Numbered from the stretch's first letter, positions 45,638-56,717 are shown. The stretch: 64,000 bases of DNA from an uncultured Pedobacter sp. (GCA_964592575.1 CAZQFF010000002.1:75460-139459); one strand, 5' to 3'. Numbers and translations: made by a program. Notes: generated from the sequence alone by a model not told the origin.

Positions 45638-46547
45638 TTGATTTCTTATTAATATTTAGATTCAGGTTCTCCTTAATTAAATTCCAGTTAAACAATATAA
45701 CGGCAAAAAGTAAAAAGGAATAAGCGATTAACTGAAATATATTAATCTCTTCCCCAAAATAAAAAATTGCAACGGTAAACGCAATAATTGGATTGAGATA
45801 GATAATAATACCCAAGGTTGAAGAGGGTATGCCCACCAAGGCGTATAAACTCAAAAATAAAGGAACAATTGTAAAGACAACAGCTATTAATATAATGCTC
45901 GACCAAAAATCAAGCGTTTGTGGCAAAGGCCCATGTGCATGGAGATAAAATGGAAGCATTAAAAAAACAGCAATAGAAATTTGAAAAGCCAACACATTAA
46001 ACTTGTCCAAGCCTTCAATTTTCTTCTGTAAAATTAAATAGAAGGCATACAACGTAGCTATAATAATCGACCACATTACATCAATCAATGAGCCAGTTCC
46101 CAACCAAATAATACTTAAAAATGCTAAGCCAAGTGCAACCAATTGCAACCTTGCCAAATGTTCCTTTAGAATTATATAACCCCCAAAAGCCGTTATCAAA
46201 GGGCAAACCATATAAGCAAAAGCCGCTGATTTCAAACTCACATGATTAACCGCAAAAATAAAGGTATACCAGTTTAGGGTTAACAAAACAGAGGCTAGAA
46301 TCAATTTAAAAAACAAGGAACGCCTATGAAGCTTAGACAAGCTCTTTAAATGACTTAGATCTGCTAAAAAAGCCTTTCTCCTAAAAATTAGAATACTTAA
46401 CCAAATTAAACCTAGCGAAACAAATATTCTATAATAAAGTATCTCCTCAGAAGGATAGGCATTTAAATGCCTTAATGGAATGGAAAAAAAACCCCAAATA
46501 GCGACCGATAAAAAGGCGGCTAAAAGGTACTTTACTTGATTTTTCAA
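45624..46547 (-). CDS. EamA/RarD-family permease
   Basis: About 10 TM segments; NWYTFIFAVN; YMVCPL; IYLNP. Confidence 0.8.
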   Translation of the reverse strand: MKNQVKYLLAAFLSVAIWGFFSIPLRHLNAYPSEEILYYRIFVSLGLIWLSILIFRRKAFLADLSHLKSLSKLHRRSLFFKLILASVLLTLNWYTFIFAVNHVSLKSAAFAYMVCPLITAFGGYIILKEHLARLQLVALGLAFLSIIWLGTGSLIDVMWSIIIATLYAFYLILQKKIEGLDKFNVLAFQISIAVFLMLPFYLHAHGPLPQTLDFWSSIILIAVVFTIVPLFLSLYALVGIPSSTLGIIIYLNPIIAFTVAIFYFGEEINIFQLIAYSFLLFAVILFNWNLIKENLNLNINKKSIANE

Positions 46548-46550
46548 AAA

Positions 46551-46934
46551 CTAATCCTCTTTATAAGCAACCACAGAAATCTCCACATTCACTCCTTTAG
46601 GTAAGCCTTTAACGGCAACTGTTTCACGAGCTGGAAAATTATCTAAAAAATAACTGCCATAAATCTCATTAACCTCAGCAAACAAAGCCATGTCCGTTAA
46701 AAATATAGTCGTTTTAAGCACATGTTCAAATTGATAATCTGCTTCGTGTAAAATCGCCCTTAGATTTCTCAACACTTGATGAGTTTCATCAGCAATAGAA
46801 GCCATATTCAATTCATTGCTCTCTGGAATAATCGCTATTTGTCCTGAAACATATAAAAAACCATTTACTTCAACCGCCTGTGAATAAGGACCAATTGGAG
46901 CAGGTGCTGCACTTGTTTGAATAATATTTTTCAT
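46551..46934 (-). CDS. RidA-family enamine/imine deaminase (start revised to MKNIIQ)
   Basis: APAPIGPYSQAV, YVSGQI, KTTIFL, PARETVAV..LPKGVNVEI. Confidence 0.92.
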   Translation of the reverse strand: MKNIIQTSAAPAPIGPYSQAVEVNGFLYVSGQIAIIPESNELNMASIADETHQVLRNLRAILHEADYQFEHVLKTTIFLTDMALFAEVNEIYGSYFLDNFPARETVAVKGLPKGVNVEISVVAYKED

Positions 46935-46964
46935 GGGAATCATTATAATTGTTGGAGTAAAATT

Positions 46965-46999
46965 AAAAAAAAATCCCGACAAGCTATGCCGGGATTTTT
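46965..46999 (-). terminator. Intrinsic terminator of the large OmpA gene
   Basis: aaaaatcccg..cgggattttt with U9 tract on the minus strand. Confidence 0.8.
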
Positions 47000-47018
47000 C
47001 CTATTTTAAATTAAAATA

Positions 47019-48353
47019 TTAGTTTCTAGTTGCCTCAACACGACGATTTTTAATACGTCCTTCTTCAGTATCATTAGAAGCAATTGGTTGAGTTTCTCCG
47101 TGACCTTTAACAGCAACTTGAGAACTGCTTACACCAGAGTTTACTAAGTAAGTTTTTACTGAGTTTGCTCTATCTTTAGATAGTTTCATGTTGTAAGCTG
47201 CAGTACCTTCACTTGAAGCGTGACCATTAGCAGTAACTTTACCTCCGTTTTCACGTAAGTTAGCTGATAATTTATCTAAGATTGGATAAGCTTCAGTTTT
47301 TAACACAGAGCTATTGAATTCAAATTGAATTGGCTCCCATCCAGTTACAGCTGGTGCTTCAGCAACTACTGGAGCAGGAACTGGAAGTGGACAACCTGAA
47401 CCATCAACTTTAGTACCAGCTGGAGTGCCAGGGCATTTGTCAAATTGATCAGCAACACCGTCACCATCAGAATCTTTTTTCAAATCTTCGATTGATTTCT
47501 CAACGTTAGCTACACGATTTTTTAAAGCCTCTAATTCTTGACGTAATGAAGCATCTTTTAACTCATCATACATTAATGCTAATGGGTTAACCCAGTCTAA
47601 ATTAGGTTTTGCTTTATTTCCTAAAGAGAACTCTAAACCAGCTGATAAATAAGAGTATTTATCAAAGTTAGGATTAGCTAAAGTGTTAACTACACCATTT
47701 ACGTTAACATCGTCAACAAAATTCATGGTATAATTTAAGTTGAATGACACATTGTCAGACACTTTAAATTTAACACCAGCACCTACAGGAATATAAGCAC
47801 CTTTATAATATTTATCTCCGTTTAATGGTTTTTGCTCATTAACTGTTCCAGTAGCTGTAACTGTAGTTGGTTGGTAAGCTAATAAACCGTAACCAGCATG
47901 TAAAACGAAGTTAACTGCATTCTCACGACGTAAAAAGTCAACTGTAGCTACGTTAATAACACCACGGATGTCAGCTGCATAACCGAAGTCTGTTTCGAAA
48001 CTTCTTACACCATATTGAGCACCACCAGTTACATCATCATTATTACCAGAAATTTTACCACGCATTAAATTAGCTTCTAAACCAAAAGCGTGACCTAATT
48101 GCTTACGTAAAGATAAGCCATAACCTAAATTTACATCCCAATTAGAAAAATCATTCCTTCCACCTAATAATACGATAGGAGAAGTAATACCTGCATGAAC
48201 ACCTAAGTTCCAAGTTCTGTATTGAGCTCTTCCACCAAAAACTTTAGCTGAAGAAGATGGAGTTGGAGTCTCCTGTGCACTTACAAGAGATGTCGCTCCC
48301 ATTAATGCTACTAAAGAGGCTACAACACCTTTTTTTAAAGTAGAATAATTCAT
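47019..48353 (-). CDS. OmpA-family outer-membrane protein: beta-barrel, coiled coil, TSP3-like repeat, OmpA-C
   Basis: Signal peptide; aromatic beta strands; LRQELEALKNRVANVEKSIEDLKK; DSDGDGVADQFDKCP; GHAS..LSKDRA..NRRVE. Confidence 0.9.
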   Translation of the reverse strand: MNYSTLKKGVVASLVALMGATSLVSAQETPTPSSSAKVFGGRAQYRTWNLGVHAGITSPIVLLGGRNDFSNWDVNLGYGLSLRKQLGHAFGLEANLMRGKISGNNDDVTGGAQYGVRSFETDFGYAADIRGVINVATVDFLRRENAVNFVLHAGYGLLAYQPTTVTATGTVNEQKPLNGDKYYKGAYIPVGAGVKFKVSDNVSFNLNYTMNFVDDVNVNGVVNTLANPNFDKYSYLSAGLEFSLGNKAKPNLDWVNPLALMYDELKDASLRQELEALKNRVANVEKSIEDLKKDSDGDGVADQFDKCPGTPAGTKVDGSGCPLPVPAPVVAEAPAVTGWEPIQFEFNSSVLKTEAYPILDKLSANLRENGGKVTANGHASSEGTAAYNMKLSKDRANSVKTYLVNSGVSSSQVAVKGHGETQPIASNDTEEGRIKNRRVEATRN

Positions 48354-48442
48354 AATTTTCTTTTTAAAGGTTAAACAAACAATAATTGTAAATTTTTTTG
48401 TTGAACAAAACTAAACAATATTTTTAAAATCCCAAAATACAG

Positions 48443-48460
48443 TACAAACTCTGTTCCAAA
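48443..48460 (-). promoter_or_regulatory. RpoN-like motif TTTGGAAC-AGAG-TTTGTA
   Basis: 13 of 18 nt identical to the motif at 6752-6769; a -7 box TAGTTTTG also lies at 48406-48413. Confidence 0.35.
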
Positions 48461-48520
48461 GATAAAGTTAACTAATAAAAATTGATTAAAGGAGAATTAG
48501 CGTACAGAAAAACAGACAAA

Positions 48521-49423
48521 CTAGACAGTATATTTATCAATAAAGCTATACATATTAAAATCAGGATACTGTAAAGCTTGTTCAATTTCCTGGCTTAATC
48601 GCTTTCTATCCACATTTTGCATACGCTTATGCTGAATTAAACGATAAGCTTTTTCACTCAACAAAAAGCGCTTTCTCCAATTCTCTATTTCATCCTCTGA
48701 TAAAATCCAGTCCAATACGGTTTGTAGGCCCTTAGATTTAGAAGCAACCGTTTTAAAAATGGGGATATTTTGACCCATCTGATGGAGCCATTTATACAAG
48801 CCATTGGCAAATGTTTCTGCTCCTTCACGATCGGCTTTATTGACAATAAAAGCCTGTGCAATCTCCATTAAACCCGATTTGATATTTTGTATTTCATCTC
48901 CTGCCTCAGGAACTAAAACCACGATAGTTTTATCTGCCAATCCAGCTATTTCAACTTCCGACTGTCCAACGCCCACCGTCTCCACTATAATCAAATCAAA
49001 AGGTGCGGCTCGCAACACATCAATCATTTCTAAGGTCTTTCCAGACACCCCGCCAAGCGCCCCTCTTGTTGCAATAGAACGAATAAACACATTTGGCAAG
49101 GTAAAAAGCTCTGCCATTCGAATACGATCGCCCAACAAAGAACCAAAATTAAAAGGTGAAGTTGGGTCCACTGCCAAAACGGCCACTCGCCTGCCTTGTG
49201 TGGCTAGTTGCTGTACCAAAGCACTAACTAAAGTACTTTTTCCTGCCCCAGGAGGGCCAGTAATACCGATTACAGGAACTTTACGATTCCAATGTAAAGA
49301 TCGCAATAGGATATTCCCTTGTGGCAATCCATTTTCAACTAAAGTTAAAGCACGAGCAATGGATTTAAAATCCCCAGAAACTAGTCCTTCAATCAAAGAC
49401 GCCGAAATAGAATGACTTTGCAT
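48521..49423 (-). CDS. meaB: MeaB/ArgK GTPase (methylmalonyl-CoA mutase chaperone)
   Basis: GITGPPGAGKST, VDPTSPF..GDRIRM, ETVGVGQSE, NKAD. Confidence 0.9.
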   Translation of the reverse strand: MQSHSISASLIEGLVSGDFKSIARALTLVENGLPQGNILLRSLHWNRKVPVIGITGPPGAGKSTLVSALVQQLATQGRRVAVLAVDPTSPFNFGSLLGDRIRMAELFTLPNVFIRSIATRGALGGVSGKTLEMIDVLRAAPFDLIIVETVGVGQSEVEIAGLADKTIVVLVPEAGDEIQNIKSGLMEIAQAFIVNKADREGAETFANGLYKWLHQMGQNIPIFKTVASKSKGLQTVLDWILSEDEIENWRKRFLLSEKAYRLIQHKRMQNVDRKRLSQEIEQALQYPDFNMYSFIDKYTV

Positions 49424-49505
49424 AAGCTACAAAATAAGCCATTTTTTTAACAAGAAAGAAACCTAATAAAAAACAGTAACTTTGACACATTAAAAAGCTA
49501 TATAA

Positions 49506-51335
49506 ATGAAAACTTATTTGCGCTTATTAGGCTTCGCAAAACCCATTGAAAAATTTGCTATTCCCTATGTAATTGTCACTATACTTGCCGTATTCTTTGG
49601 CACCTTAAACCTTACTTTATTAATGCCCTTATTTGATACTTTGCTGCCACAAGATGTGAATCAGCAAAAAATCATCAGCGATAAGGCTATCTCTACTTTT
49701 AATTTGGTAGGACAAATGAAAAACTTTGTGGTTTATTCCAAAGCAAACTATGGTGCCCAAAAAACATTAACCTACGTTTGTTTAATTATCGTAGGCTCTG
49801 TGTTTCTAGCCAATTTATTTCGCTATCTATCTCAAAGAATCATGGAAGATTTGCGCGTACATACCTTATTAAATATGCGTAAAAAAGTGTTTAATAATGT
49901 CATGGATCTTCATTTAGGCTTTTTCAATAATGAAAGAAAAGGAGATATCATGTCTAAAATATCTTCCGATGTACAAGTCGTTCAGTTTACCGTAACCAAT
50001 ACCCTTCAAGTGGTCTTCAAAGAGCCACTAACCCTAATTTTTTATATCATTATACTATTGATGATCTCGGTTAAATTAACTTTGTTCTCCTTATTGGTAA
50101 TTCCTGTATCTGGTTTTTTTATAGCTAGAATTGTCAAAAATTTAAAAAGACAAGCCACAGCCACACATGAATCATTTGCCAAAATGATCAGCTTTTTGGA
50201 TGAATCCCTTGGCGGAATAAAAATTATAAAAGCCTTTAATCATAGCGAAATCACTAAAGAAAAATTTAATACGGAGAATACCTTTTATTCAAATATGAAT
50301 AGAAAAATGGTTCGCAGACAACAACTAGGCTCGCCTGTTTCCGAATTTTTAGGTGTTACCATGGTGGCTATCATTGTATGGTACGGTGGTAATCTAATTC
50401 TAAGTAATGAACCAGGTGCCCTAACGACTAGTCAATTCATAGCTTACATTGCTATTTTCTCGCAAATTATGCGTCCAGCTAAGGCCTTAACAGACTCTTT
50501 TAGCGCTATACACACTGGTATAGCCGCAGGAGAACGTGTATTAGATTTAATCGATACAAATCCTGCTATTGTTAATGCTCCTCAAGCTAAAAAAGTGAGT
50601 GATTTTAAAGATCAAATCGAATTCAAAAATGTAAGTTTTAGATATGGCGATCAAAGTATCCTAAAACACTTAAACTTTAGCATCAAAAAAGGTCAAACCT
50701 TAGCTTTAGTTGGTCCTTCTGGCGGAGGAAAAAGCACAATAATGGATTTAATCCCTAGGTTTCATGATCCAATGGAAGGAGAAATTACTTTCGACAATAT
50801 CGCCTATAAAGATATTGAAATGGAAAGTCTAAGAAACCAAATGGGCATAGTTAATCAAGAAAGCATTTTATTTAACGATACTATTTTCAATAATATAGCC
50901 TTTGGAAAACCTGAAGCTAGCTTAGAGGAAGTTCAAAATGCAGCCAAAATAGCCAACGCTCATGAATTTATATTAGAAACAGAGCATGGTTATCAAACCA
51001 ATGTAGGAGATCGAGGTAATAAACTTTCCGGCGGTCAAAAGCAAAGAATCTGTATTGCCAGAGCTGTATTACACAATCCATCTATTATGCTCTTAGATGA
51101 AGCTACATCTGCCTTAGACACCAGTTCAGAAAAGATAGTTCAAGAAGCATTAAACAATTTAATGCAAAATAGAACATCGATTATCATCGCACACCGATTA
51201 AGTACCATTCAACATGCCGATATGATCTTAGTTCTAGAAAAAGGAGAAATTGTAGAACAAGGCAATCATCAAGATTTGATGCGTAAAAATGGCTTATACA
51301 AAAAGCTAATCGATTTACAGCAATTCAGCGATTAA
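49506..51335 (+). CDS. Type IV ABC exporter (MsbA-like)
   Basis: TM domain fused to NBD: GPSGGGKST, LSGGQ, DEATSALD, AHRLST; -7 box at 49477-49484. Confidence 0.9.
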   Translation: MKTYLRLLGFAKPIEKFAIPYVIVTILAVFFGTLNLTLLMPLFDTLLPQDVNQQKIISDKAISTFNLVGQMKNFVVYSKANYGAQKTLTYVCLIIVGSVFLANLFRYLSQRIMEDLRVHTLLNMRKKVFNNVMDLHLGFFNNERKGDIMSKISSDVQVVQFTVTNTLQVVFKEPLTLIFYIIILLMISVKLTLFSLLVIPVSGFFIARIVKNLKRQATATHESFAKMISFLDESLGGIKIIKAFNHSEITKEKFNTENTFYSNMNRKMVRRQQLGSPVSEFLGVTMVAIIVWYGGNLILSNEPGALTTSQFIAYIAIFSQIMRPAKALTDSFSAIHTGIAAGERVLDLIDTNPAIVNAPQAKKVSDFKDQIEFKNVSFRYGDQSILKHLNFSIKKGQTLALVGPSGGGKSTIMDLIPRFHDPMEGEITFDNIAYKDIEMESLRNQMGIVNQESILFNDTIFNNIAFGKPEASLEEVQNAAKIANAHEFILETEHGYQTNVGDRGNKLSGGQKQRICIARAVLHNPSIMLLDEATSALDTSSEKIVQEALNNLMQNRTSIIIAHRLSTIQHADMILVLEKGEIVEQGNHQDLMRKNGLYKKLIDLQQFSD

Positions 51336-51352
51336 CATAAAATTTTGAACAT

Positions 51353-51381
51353 AAAAAATGCGACCCTTGAGTCGCATTTTT
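51353..51381. terminator. Bidirectional intrinsic terminator
   Basis: aaaaaatgcgac-ccttga-gtcgcattttt. Confidence 0.85.
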
Positions 51382-51409
51382 AATTTATATTCTAAGACTG
51401 ATTACAATT

Positions 51410-54370
51410 TTACAGCTTACGTTTAACTTCTACTTGTTCGTAAGCTTCAACGATATCCCCAACTTCAATGTTGTTAAAGTTTTGAATATTTAAACCACAC
51501 TCGTATCCTTTAGAAACTTCTTTTACATCGTCTTTATAACGTTTTAAAGAAGCTAATTCACCAGTATAGATAACAACACCATCTCTTACTAAACGGACTT
51601 TAGAATTTCTAGATATTTTACCATCTAGTACCATACACCCTGCAATCGTTCCAATTTTAGTAATTTTGAAGGTTTCTCGGATTTCTACGTTAGCTACAAT
51701 TTTCTCTTCGAATTCAGGTGCCAACATACCTTCCATAGCGGCCTTAATTTCATTGATCGCATCGTAAATAATAGAATATAAACGAATATCAATTTGCTCT
51801 TGCTCTGCTAATTTACGCGCGCCAGATGAAGGTCTAACTTGGAAACCAATGATAATCGCATCAGAAGCAGAGGCTAATAAAACATCTGACTCAGAAATTT
51901 GACCAACGGCCTTGCTAATTACATTAACTTGGATCTCTTCTGTTGATAGTTTTAATAAAGAGTCAGATAATGCCTCAATAGAACCATCCACGTCGCCTTT
52001 TACAATAAGGTTTAACTCTTTAAAGTTACCTATAGCCAAACGACGTCCAATTTCATCAAGCGTGATGTGTTTTTGCGTTCTCAAACCTTGTTCACGCATT
52101 AACTGTAAACGTTTGTTTGCAATCTCTCTCGCTTCAACCTCAGATTCCATCGCATTGAAACGATCTCCAGCGGTAGGCGCACCTTGCATACCTAATACCT
52201 GAACAGGAACCGATGGTCCAGCTTCAGAAACTTTCACTCCACGCTCATTAGTTAAGGCTTTCACTTTACCACTATAAGATCCCGCTAAAATTGGGTCTCC
52301 TACACGTAAAGTTCCCGCTTGAACTAATACCGTAGTCACAATACCACGACCTTTATCTAAAGTAGCCTCAATAACAGTACCTACAGCACGTTTATTTGGA
52401 TTAGCTTTTAACTCTAATAATTCCGCTTCTAATAAAACTTTATCTAAAAGTAAATCTACATTTAAGCCTGACTTACTTGAAATTTCTTGTGATTGATATT
52501 TACCACCCCAATCCTCTACTAAAATATTCATCGTAGATAATTGCTCTCTAATACGATCAGAGTTTGCGCCTGGTTTATCAATTTTAGTAAATGCAAAAAC
52601 CAAAGGAACTCCAGCAGCTTGTGCGTGGTTAATCGCTTCTTTAGTTTGAGGCATCACCGCATCATCCGCAGCAATTACGATAATAGCAATATCAGCAACT
52701 TTAGCACCACGAGCACGCATAGCCGTAAAGGCTTCGTGACCAGGTGTATCTAAAAATGTAATTTGCTTACCCTGTGCCGTCGTTACTTTATAAGCACCAA
52801 TGTGCTGCGTAATACCTCCAGCCTCACCAGCTACTACATTTGCTTTACGAATATAATCTAGTAAAGAGGTTTTACCATGATCCACGTGACCCATAATAGT
52901 TACTACAGGTACTCTAGGCTCTAAGCTTTCCGGATCATCCTCTTCCTCAAATAAGGTTTCTGCTTCTTCGTCCGCCTTAATAAACTGAACTTCGTAACCA
53001 AATTCATCAGCCACAATAGTTAAGGTCTCTGCATCCAAACGTTGATTGATAGAAACGAAGATACCTAAGCTCATACATGTTCCAATAATTTTCGTTACTG
53101 GAACATCCATCATATTAGCTAATTCATTAGCCGTTACAAACTCGGTTACTTTTAAAACCTTAGATTGTAATTGCTCTTCTAATGCCAATTCTTCTGCTGT
53201 ACTTGCAATATCATCTCTTTTTTGACGACGCAATTTAGCACGTTGAGCAAATTTACCCGACTTACCTGCTCCACTTAAACGAGCAAGTGTCGCTTTAATT
53301 TGATCTTGGATTTCCTTTTCAGTTGGTTCCTCTTTAGGAGTAGTTGGCTGTCCAGGACGATTATTTCTATGATTACCACGATTTGGCCCAGCATTTGGAC
53401 CACCTCTAAAGTCATTTCTAGCACCTGGCGTTCTTGGCGCTTGATTACCCGCAGGATTATTTGCACCGCCCGCCTGAGCATTTGGAGCACCACCTGGCGC
53501 ACCAGAAGTCTTTTTACGCTTACGCTTACGCTTTGCGTCATTATCACCAGTAGATGAAGCCACAGGTTGATTTCTACGATCCGGCGTAGTCGGCAAAGTA
53601 ATCTTGCCAACAATGTTTGGACCTGATAATCTCGCTGAACGACCCTTAATTACTTCAGAATCTGGAGCAGGAGCCGGAGTTTCCTCCTTCTTCACTGCCG
53701 CTGGATTAACTGGTGTCTCCACTGGTTTAACCGCTTCAACTGGCTTTTTAACTTCCTCTGCTTTTACCACAGGTTTTTCTTCCAAAACCGGTTTCTCCAC
53801 CACTTTTTCAACGGGCTTCTCAACAGGCTCTGGTGTTTCTACCGGGCTAGCCGCAACAGGCTCTACTTTTTCTTCTTTCTCTTCCTTCTTAACCGATTTT
53901 CCTTTTCCTGATAAATCATTTAAATTGATTTTTCCAACCACTTTAACTCCAGGTAAGGCAGGCTCTTCAGGCTTCTCCTGAGCAGCAGGAGTTTCTTTCT
54001 TCACTTCAGGAGCAGGCGCAGCCTCTTCCTTAGCTTTTTCAACAGGAGCTGTAAATTGATTTAAGTTCTTAATCAGAACTCCTTCATTCTCAAAATCCTG
54101 TTTTTTCTTTGGTTCCTCAGGGGCCTTCTCAGGAGCCTCAGGTTCATCACGACGAATCTTACCGATTACAATTTGGTTAGCTTCTTCTTTTACAATTTTA
54201 TCACCTTGAAACTCTTTTAGTAATGTATCGTACATTTCTTTAGAGAGTTTCGTAGTGGGTTTATTTTCCACAGCAAAGCCCTTCTTAGAGAGAAATTCTA
54301 CCGCAGTAGCAATTCCTACATTAAGCTCTTTAGCTGCTTTAAATAAAATTATCATTTTGTCGTCTGACAT
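51410..54370 (-). CDS. infB: Translation initiation factor IF-2
   Basis: [37 protein letters not shown]; long Pro/Glu/Lys-rich N-terminal region. Confidence 0.98.
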   Translation of the reverse strand: MSDDKMIILFKAAKELNVGIATAVEFLSKKGFAVENKPTTKLSKEMYDTLLKEFQGDKIVKEEANQIVIGKIRRDEPEAPEKAPEEPKKKQDFENEGVLIKNLNQFTAPVEKAKEEAAPAPEVKKETPAAQEKPEEPALPGVKVVGKINLNDLSGKGKSVKKEEKEEKVEPVAASPVETPEPVEKPVEKVVEKPVLEEKPVVKAEEVKKPVEAVKPVETPVNPAAVKKEETPAPAPDSEVIKGRSARLSGPNIVGKITLPTTPDRRNQPVASSTGDNDAKRKRKRKKTSGAPGGAPNAQAGGANNPAGNQAPRTPGARNDFRGGPNAGPNRGNHRNNRPGQPTTPKEEPTEKEIQDQIKATLARLSGAGKSGKFAQRAKLRRQKRDDIASTAEELALEEQLQSKVLKVTEFVTANELANMMDVPVTKIIGTCMSLGIFVSINQRLDAETLTIVADEFGYEVQFIKADEEAETLFEEEDDPESLEPRVPVVTIMGHVDHGKTSLLDYIRKANVVAGEAGGITQHIGAYKVTTAQGKQITFLDTPGHEAFTAMRARGAKVADIAIIVIAADDAVMPQTKEAINHAQAAGVPLVFAFTKIDKPGANSDRIREQLSTMNILVEDWGGKYQSQEISSKSGLNVDLLLDKVLLEAELLELKANPNKRAVGTVIEATLDKGRGIVTTVLVQAGTLRVGDPILAGSYSGKVKALTNERGVKVSEAGPSVPVQVLGMQGAPTAGDRFNAMESEVEAREIANKRLQLMREQGLRTQKHITLDEIGRRLAIGNFKELNLIVKGDVDGSIEALSDSLLKLSTEEIQVNVISKAVGQISESDVLLASASDAIIIGFQVRPSSGARKLAEQEQIDIRLYSIIYDAINEIKAAMEGMLAPEFEEKIVANVEIRETFKITKIGTIAGCMVLDGKISRNSKVRLVRDGVVIYTGELASLKRYKDDVKEVSKGYECGLNIQNFNNIEVGDIVEAYEQVEVKRKL

Positions 54371-54399
54371 TTAATATCCTCTTATTTTCTAATTATTTA

Positions 54400-54407
54400 C
54401 AAAAGTA
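54400..54407 (-). promoter_or_regulatory. Internal -7 box TACTTTTG upstream of infB
   Basis: TAnnTTTG match in the nusA-infB spacer. Confidence 0.5.
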
Positions 54408-54439
54408 ACGTTTATTCTTATTAATTCAAGAATTTAAGT

Positions 54440-55675
54440 TTATTCGAACTCAGATTGTAAAATACTAACCACCTCTTTGATGGTCTCTTCTTCTAAGTCC
54501 GTACGTTTCACCAATTCATCAATTGTAAGAGCTAAAACGCTTTTTGCTGTATCTAAACCAATAGCTTTAAGCTCATCGATAATCCAGCTATCAATTTCAT
54601 CTGAGAATTCTTCTAAATCCACATCTTCATCTTCCTCACCAGCCTCACGATAAACATCTATTTCATATCCGGTTAATTTACCAGCCAATTTAATATTATG
54701 GCCGCCTCTACCAATAGCTAAAGAAACTTGATCAGGTTTTAAATAAACCGAAGCATGCTTCTTCTCATCATCCAATTTAATAGAAGTAATTTTAGCCGGA
54801 CTTAAAGCTCTTTGAATGTAAAGTGAAATATTAGTTGTGAAATTGATCACATCAATATTCTCATTTTTCAATTCTCTTACGATACCATGAATACGAGACC
54901 CTTTCATACCCACACAAGCACCTACTGGATCGATTCTATCATCATAGGACTCAACCGCCACTTTAGCACGCTCTCCTGGCTCTCTAACAATTTTCTTAAT
55001 CGTAATTAAGCCGTCAAAAATCTCTGGTACTTCAATTTCAAATAGGCGTTGTAAAAACTCTGGTGCAACTCTTGAAATAATAATTTTAGGCGTCGCATTA
55101 ACCATATCCACCTTAGAAATAACCGCTCTAACGGCATCTCCTTTTTTGAAATAATCAGCAGGGATTTGTTCCGTTTTAGGCATGATTAACTCATTACCCT
55201 CATCATCCAACACTAAGGTTTCTTTTTTCCATACTTGGTAAACCTCACCAGTTACGATTTCTCCAACTCTATCTTTATATTTTTTGAAGATTTCATCTTT
55301 CTCCAGCTCTAATACTTTTGAAACTAAGGTTTGACGAGCGGCTAAAATCGCTCTTCTACCAAAGCTCTCTAAAGTAATTTGCTCGATATAATCATCCCCA
55401 ACTTCTAAATCTGGGTCAAGGGTTTTAGCCTCTGCTAATTCTATTTCTAAATCGTCATCTTCAGAAAAACCATCCTCCATAACCTTACGGGTACGCCAGA
55501 TTTCCAAATCCCCATTATCGGGGTTAACAATAACATCACAGTTTTCGTCCGTTCCGTATTTCTTACGCAACATACTTCTGAACACCTCCTCTAACACACT
55601 GATTACTGTAGGGCGGTCAATATTCTTGAATTCTTTAAATTCCTGAAATGAATCAATTAAATTAATATTGCTCAT
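54440..55675 (-). CDS. nusA: Transcription termination/antitermination factor NusA
   Basis: FGRRAILAARQ, S1 domain, REPGERAKVAV, IDPVGACVG, SLAIGRGGHN. Confidence 0.97.
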   Translation of the reverse strand: MSNINLIDSFQEFKEFKNIDRPTVISVLEEVFRSMLRKKYGTDENCDVIVNPDNGDLEIWRTRKVMEDGFSEDDDLEIELAEAKTLDPDLEVGDDYIEQITLESFGRRAILAARQTLVSKVLELEKDEIFKKYKDRVGEIVTGEVYQVWKKETLVLDDEGNELIMPKTEQIPADYFKKGDAVRAVISKVDMVNATPKIIISRVAPEFLQRLFEIEVPEIFDGLITIKKIVREPGERAKVAVESYDDRIDPVGACVGMKGSRIHGIVRELKNENIDVINFTTNISLYIQRALSPAKITSIKLDDEKKHASVYLKPDQVSLAIGRGGHNIKLAGKLTGYEIDVYREAGEEDEDVDLEEFSDEIDSWIIDELKAIGLDTAKSVLALTIDELVKRTDLEEETIKEVVSILQSEFE

Positions 55676-55677
55676 CT

Positions 55678-56142
55678 TTATTTAAATGAAATTAACACTC
55701 TAGTTTCTAATATTTGATCCAGCTCAAAGGTGTTTTCTACCAATTGAACCTTTTTTCCTTTTTCTTTTACTTTTTCTTCCAACTGAATACTAGTCTCTCC
55801 TACACTCAACAATTTCCCTTCATGTAAGGAGCCATCTTTCAGCTTGACACTTAAATCTCTACCAATGTTTTTTAAGTACTGTCTGTTTAAAACCAAAGGC
55901 TCTCCAACACCTGGCGAAGTAACCTCTAAGTGATAAGCACTATCAATCACATTTTCTTCCTCTAAATGAAAGCCCACATGACGACTAATAGCCACACAAT
56001 CTTGGATACTTATACCCTGATCGCCATCCACTTGCACTATTAAACGTTTATTAGGTAAAAATTTAACATCCACTAAATATAACTCTGGACGATCTGCAAT
56101 TTTCTCATGGACTAATTCTGTCACTCTTTTTTCAACCTGCAT
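55678..56142 (-). CDS. rimP: Ribosome maturation factor RimP
   Basis: VDGDQGISIQDC..SR; YHLEVTSPG..PL; first gene of rimP-nusA-infB. Confidence 0.92.
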   Translation of the reverse strand: MQVEKRVTELVHEKIADRPELYLVDVKFLPNKRLIVQVDGDQGISIQDCVAISRHVGFHLEEENVIDSAYHLEVTSPGVGEPLVLNRQYLKNIGRDLSVKLKDGSLHEGKLLSVGETSIQLEEKVKEKGKKVQLVENTFELDQILETRVLISFK

Positions 56143-56157
56143 AGCCTAAAATTTTGG

Positions 56158-56184
56158 AAAAAAAAGAGGGGACACTGTCCCCTC
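56158..56184 (-). terminator. rimP leader attenuator (terminator hairpin in the 5' UTR)
   Basis: GAGGGGAC-AGT-GTCCCCTC plus U8, between -7 box TACCTTTG (56203-56210) and ATG 56142. Confidence 0.8.
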
Positions 56185-56266
56185 AATAATTCTATTACGC
56201 CCCAAAGGTAAGAAATTAAAATGAAAATTAAAATTTATCTCAAAATCTAATTGATATTCAAACAGT

Positions 56267-56701
56267 TTAACGAATTATACTAAAGGTTTTCACCTGAGGC
56301 TTATGCCCCAAATTAGCCGAAGCAATCGATTTAAAATCGCCAAATGTACTTTCTATATAAGTTTCAACCAGATATTCCTTTCCTTTAACAAAAGGCTGAT
56401 CTGGAATGAAGGTCAAGACGTTTTCAACTATAGCTATTTTACCCGGAAAAACCTCTTCAGCCAAAGCCTCACTGGGCGCTGAATTGAGCTGCAAAACCGA
56501 TACTAAATTCATTTGTTCAGCCTCATTTTTCCCAGAATCCAACAAGGTCTTTATCATTTTTAAACTGGATTTTTGTATATTTAAAAAAACTATGGCAGAG
56601 GAATCTGCATTAAAGTCTATTTGAATGGAAATCGGCTGCTCTTGATTTTGACAAGCTAAGCTTAAGCAGATAGCCCATACGAATAAGAATTTTTTAAACA
56701 T
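56267..56701 (-). CDS. Hypothetical lipoprotein, possible Ig-like fold
   Basis: Lipobox SLAC; GKIAIVENVLTFIPDQPF..GKEYLV. Confidence 0.6.
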   Translation of the reverse strand: MFKKFLFVWAICLSLACQNQEQPISIQIDFNADSSAIVFLNIQKSSLKMIKTLLDSGKNEAEQMNLVSVLQLNSAPSEALAEEVFPGKIAIVENVLTFIPDQPFVKGKEYLVETYIESTFGDFKSIASANLGHKPQVKTFSIIR

Positions 56702-56717
56702 GCACTAAATTAAAAAA

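Noticed and set aside
48804-49415. 203-aa ORF antisense to meaB
   Set aside because: Fully inside meaB on the opposite strand; no domain features
48521-49423. meaB without an adjacent methylmalonyl-CoA mutase
   Set aside because: The mutase may lie outside the window; no sign of a novel partner
53604-53981. Ser/Thr/Gly-rich ORF antisense to infB
   Set aside because: Mirror of the Glu/Lys/Pro-rich IF-2 N-terminus
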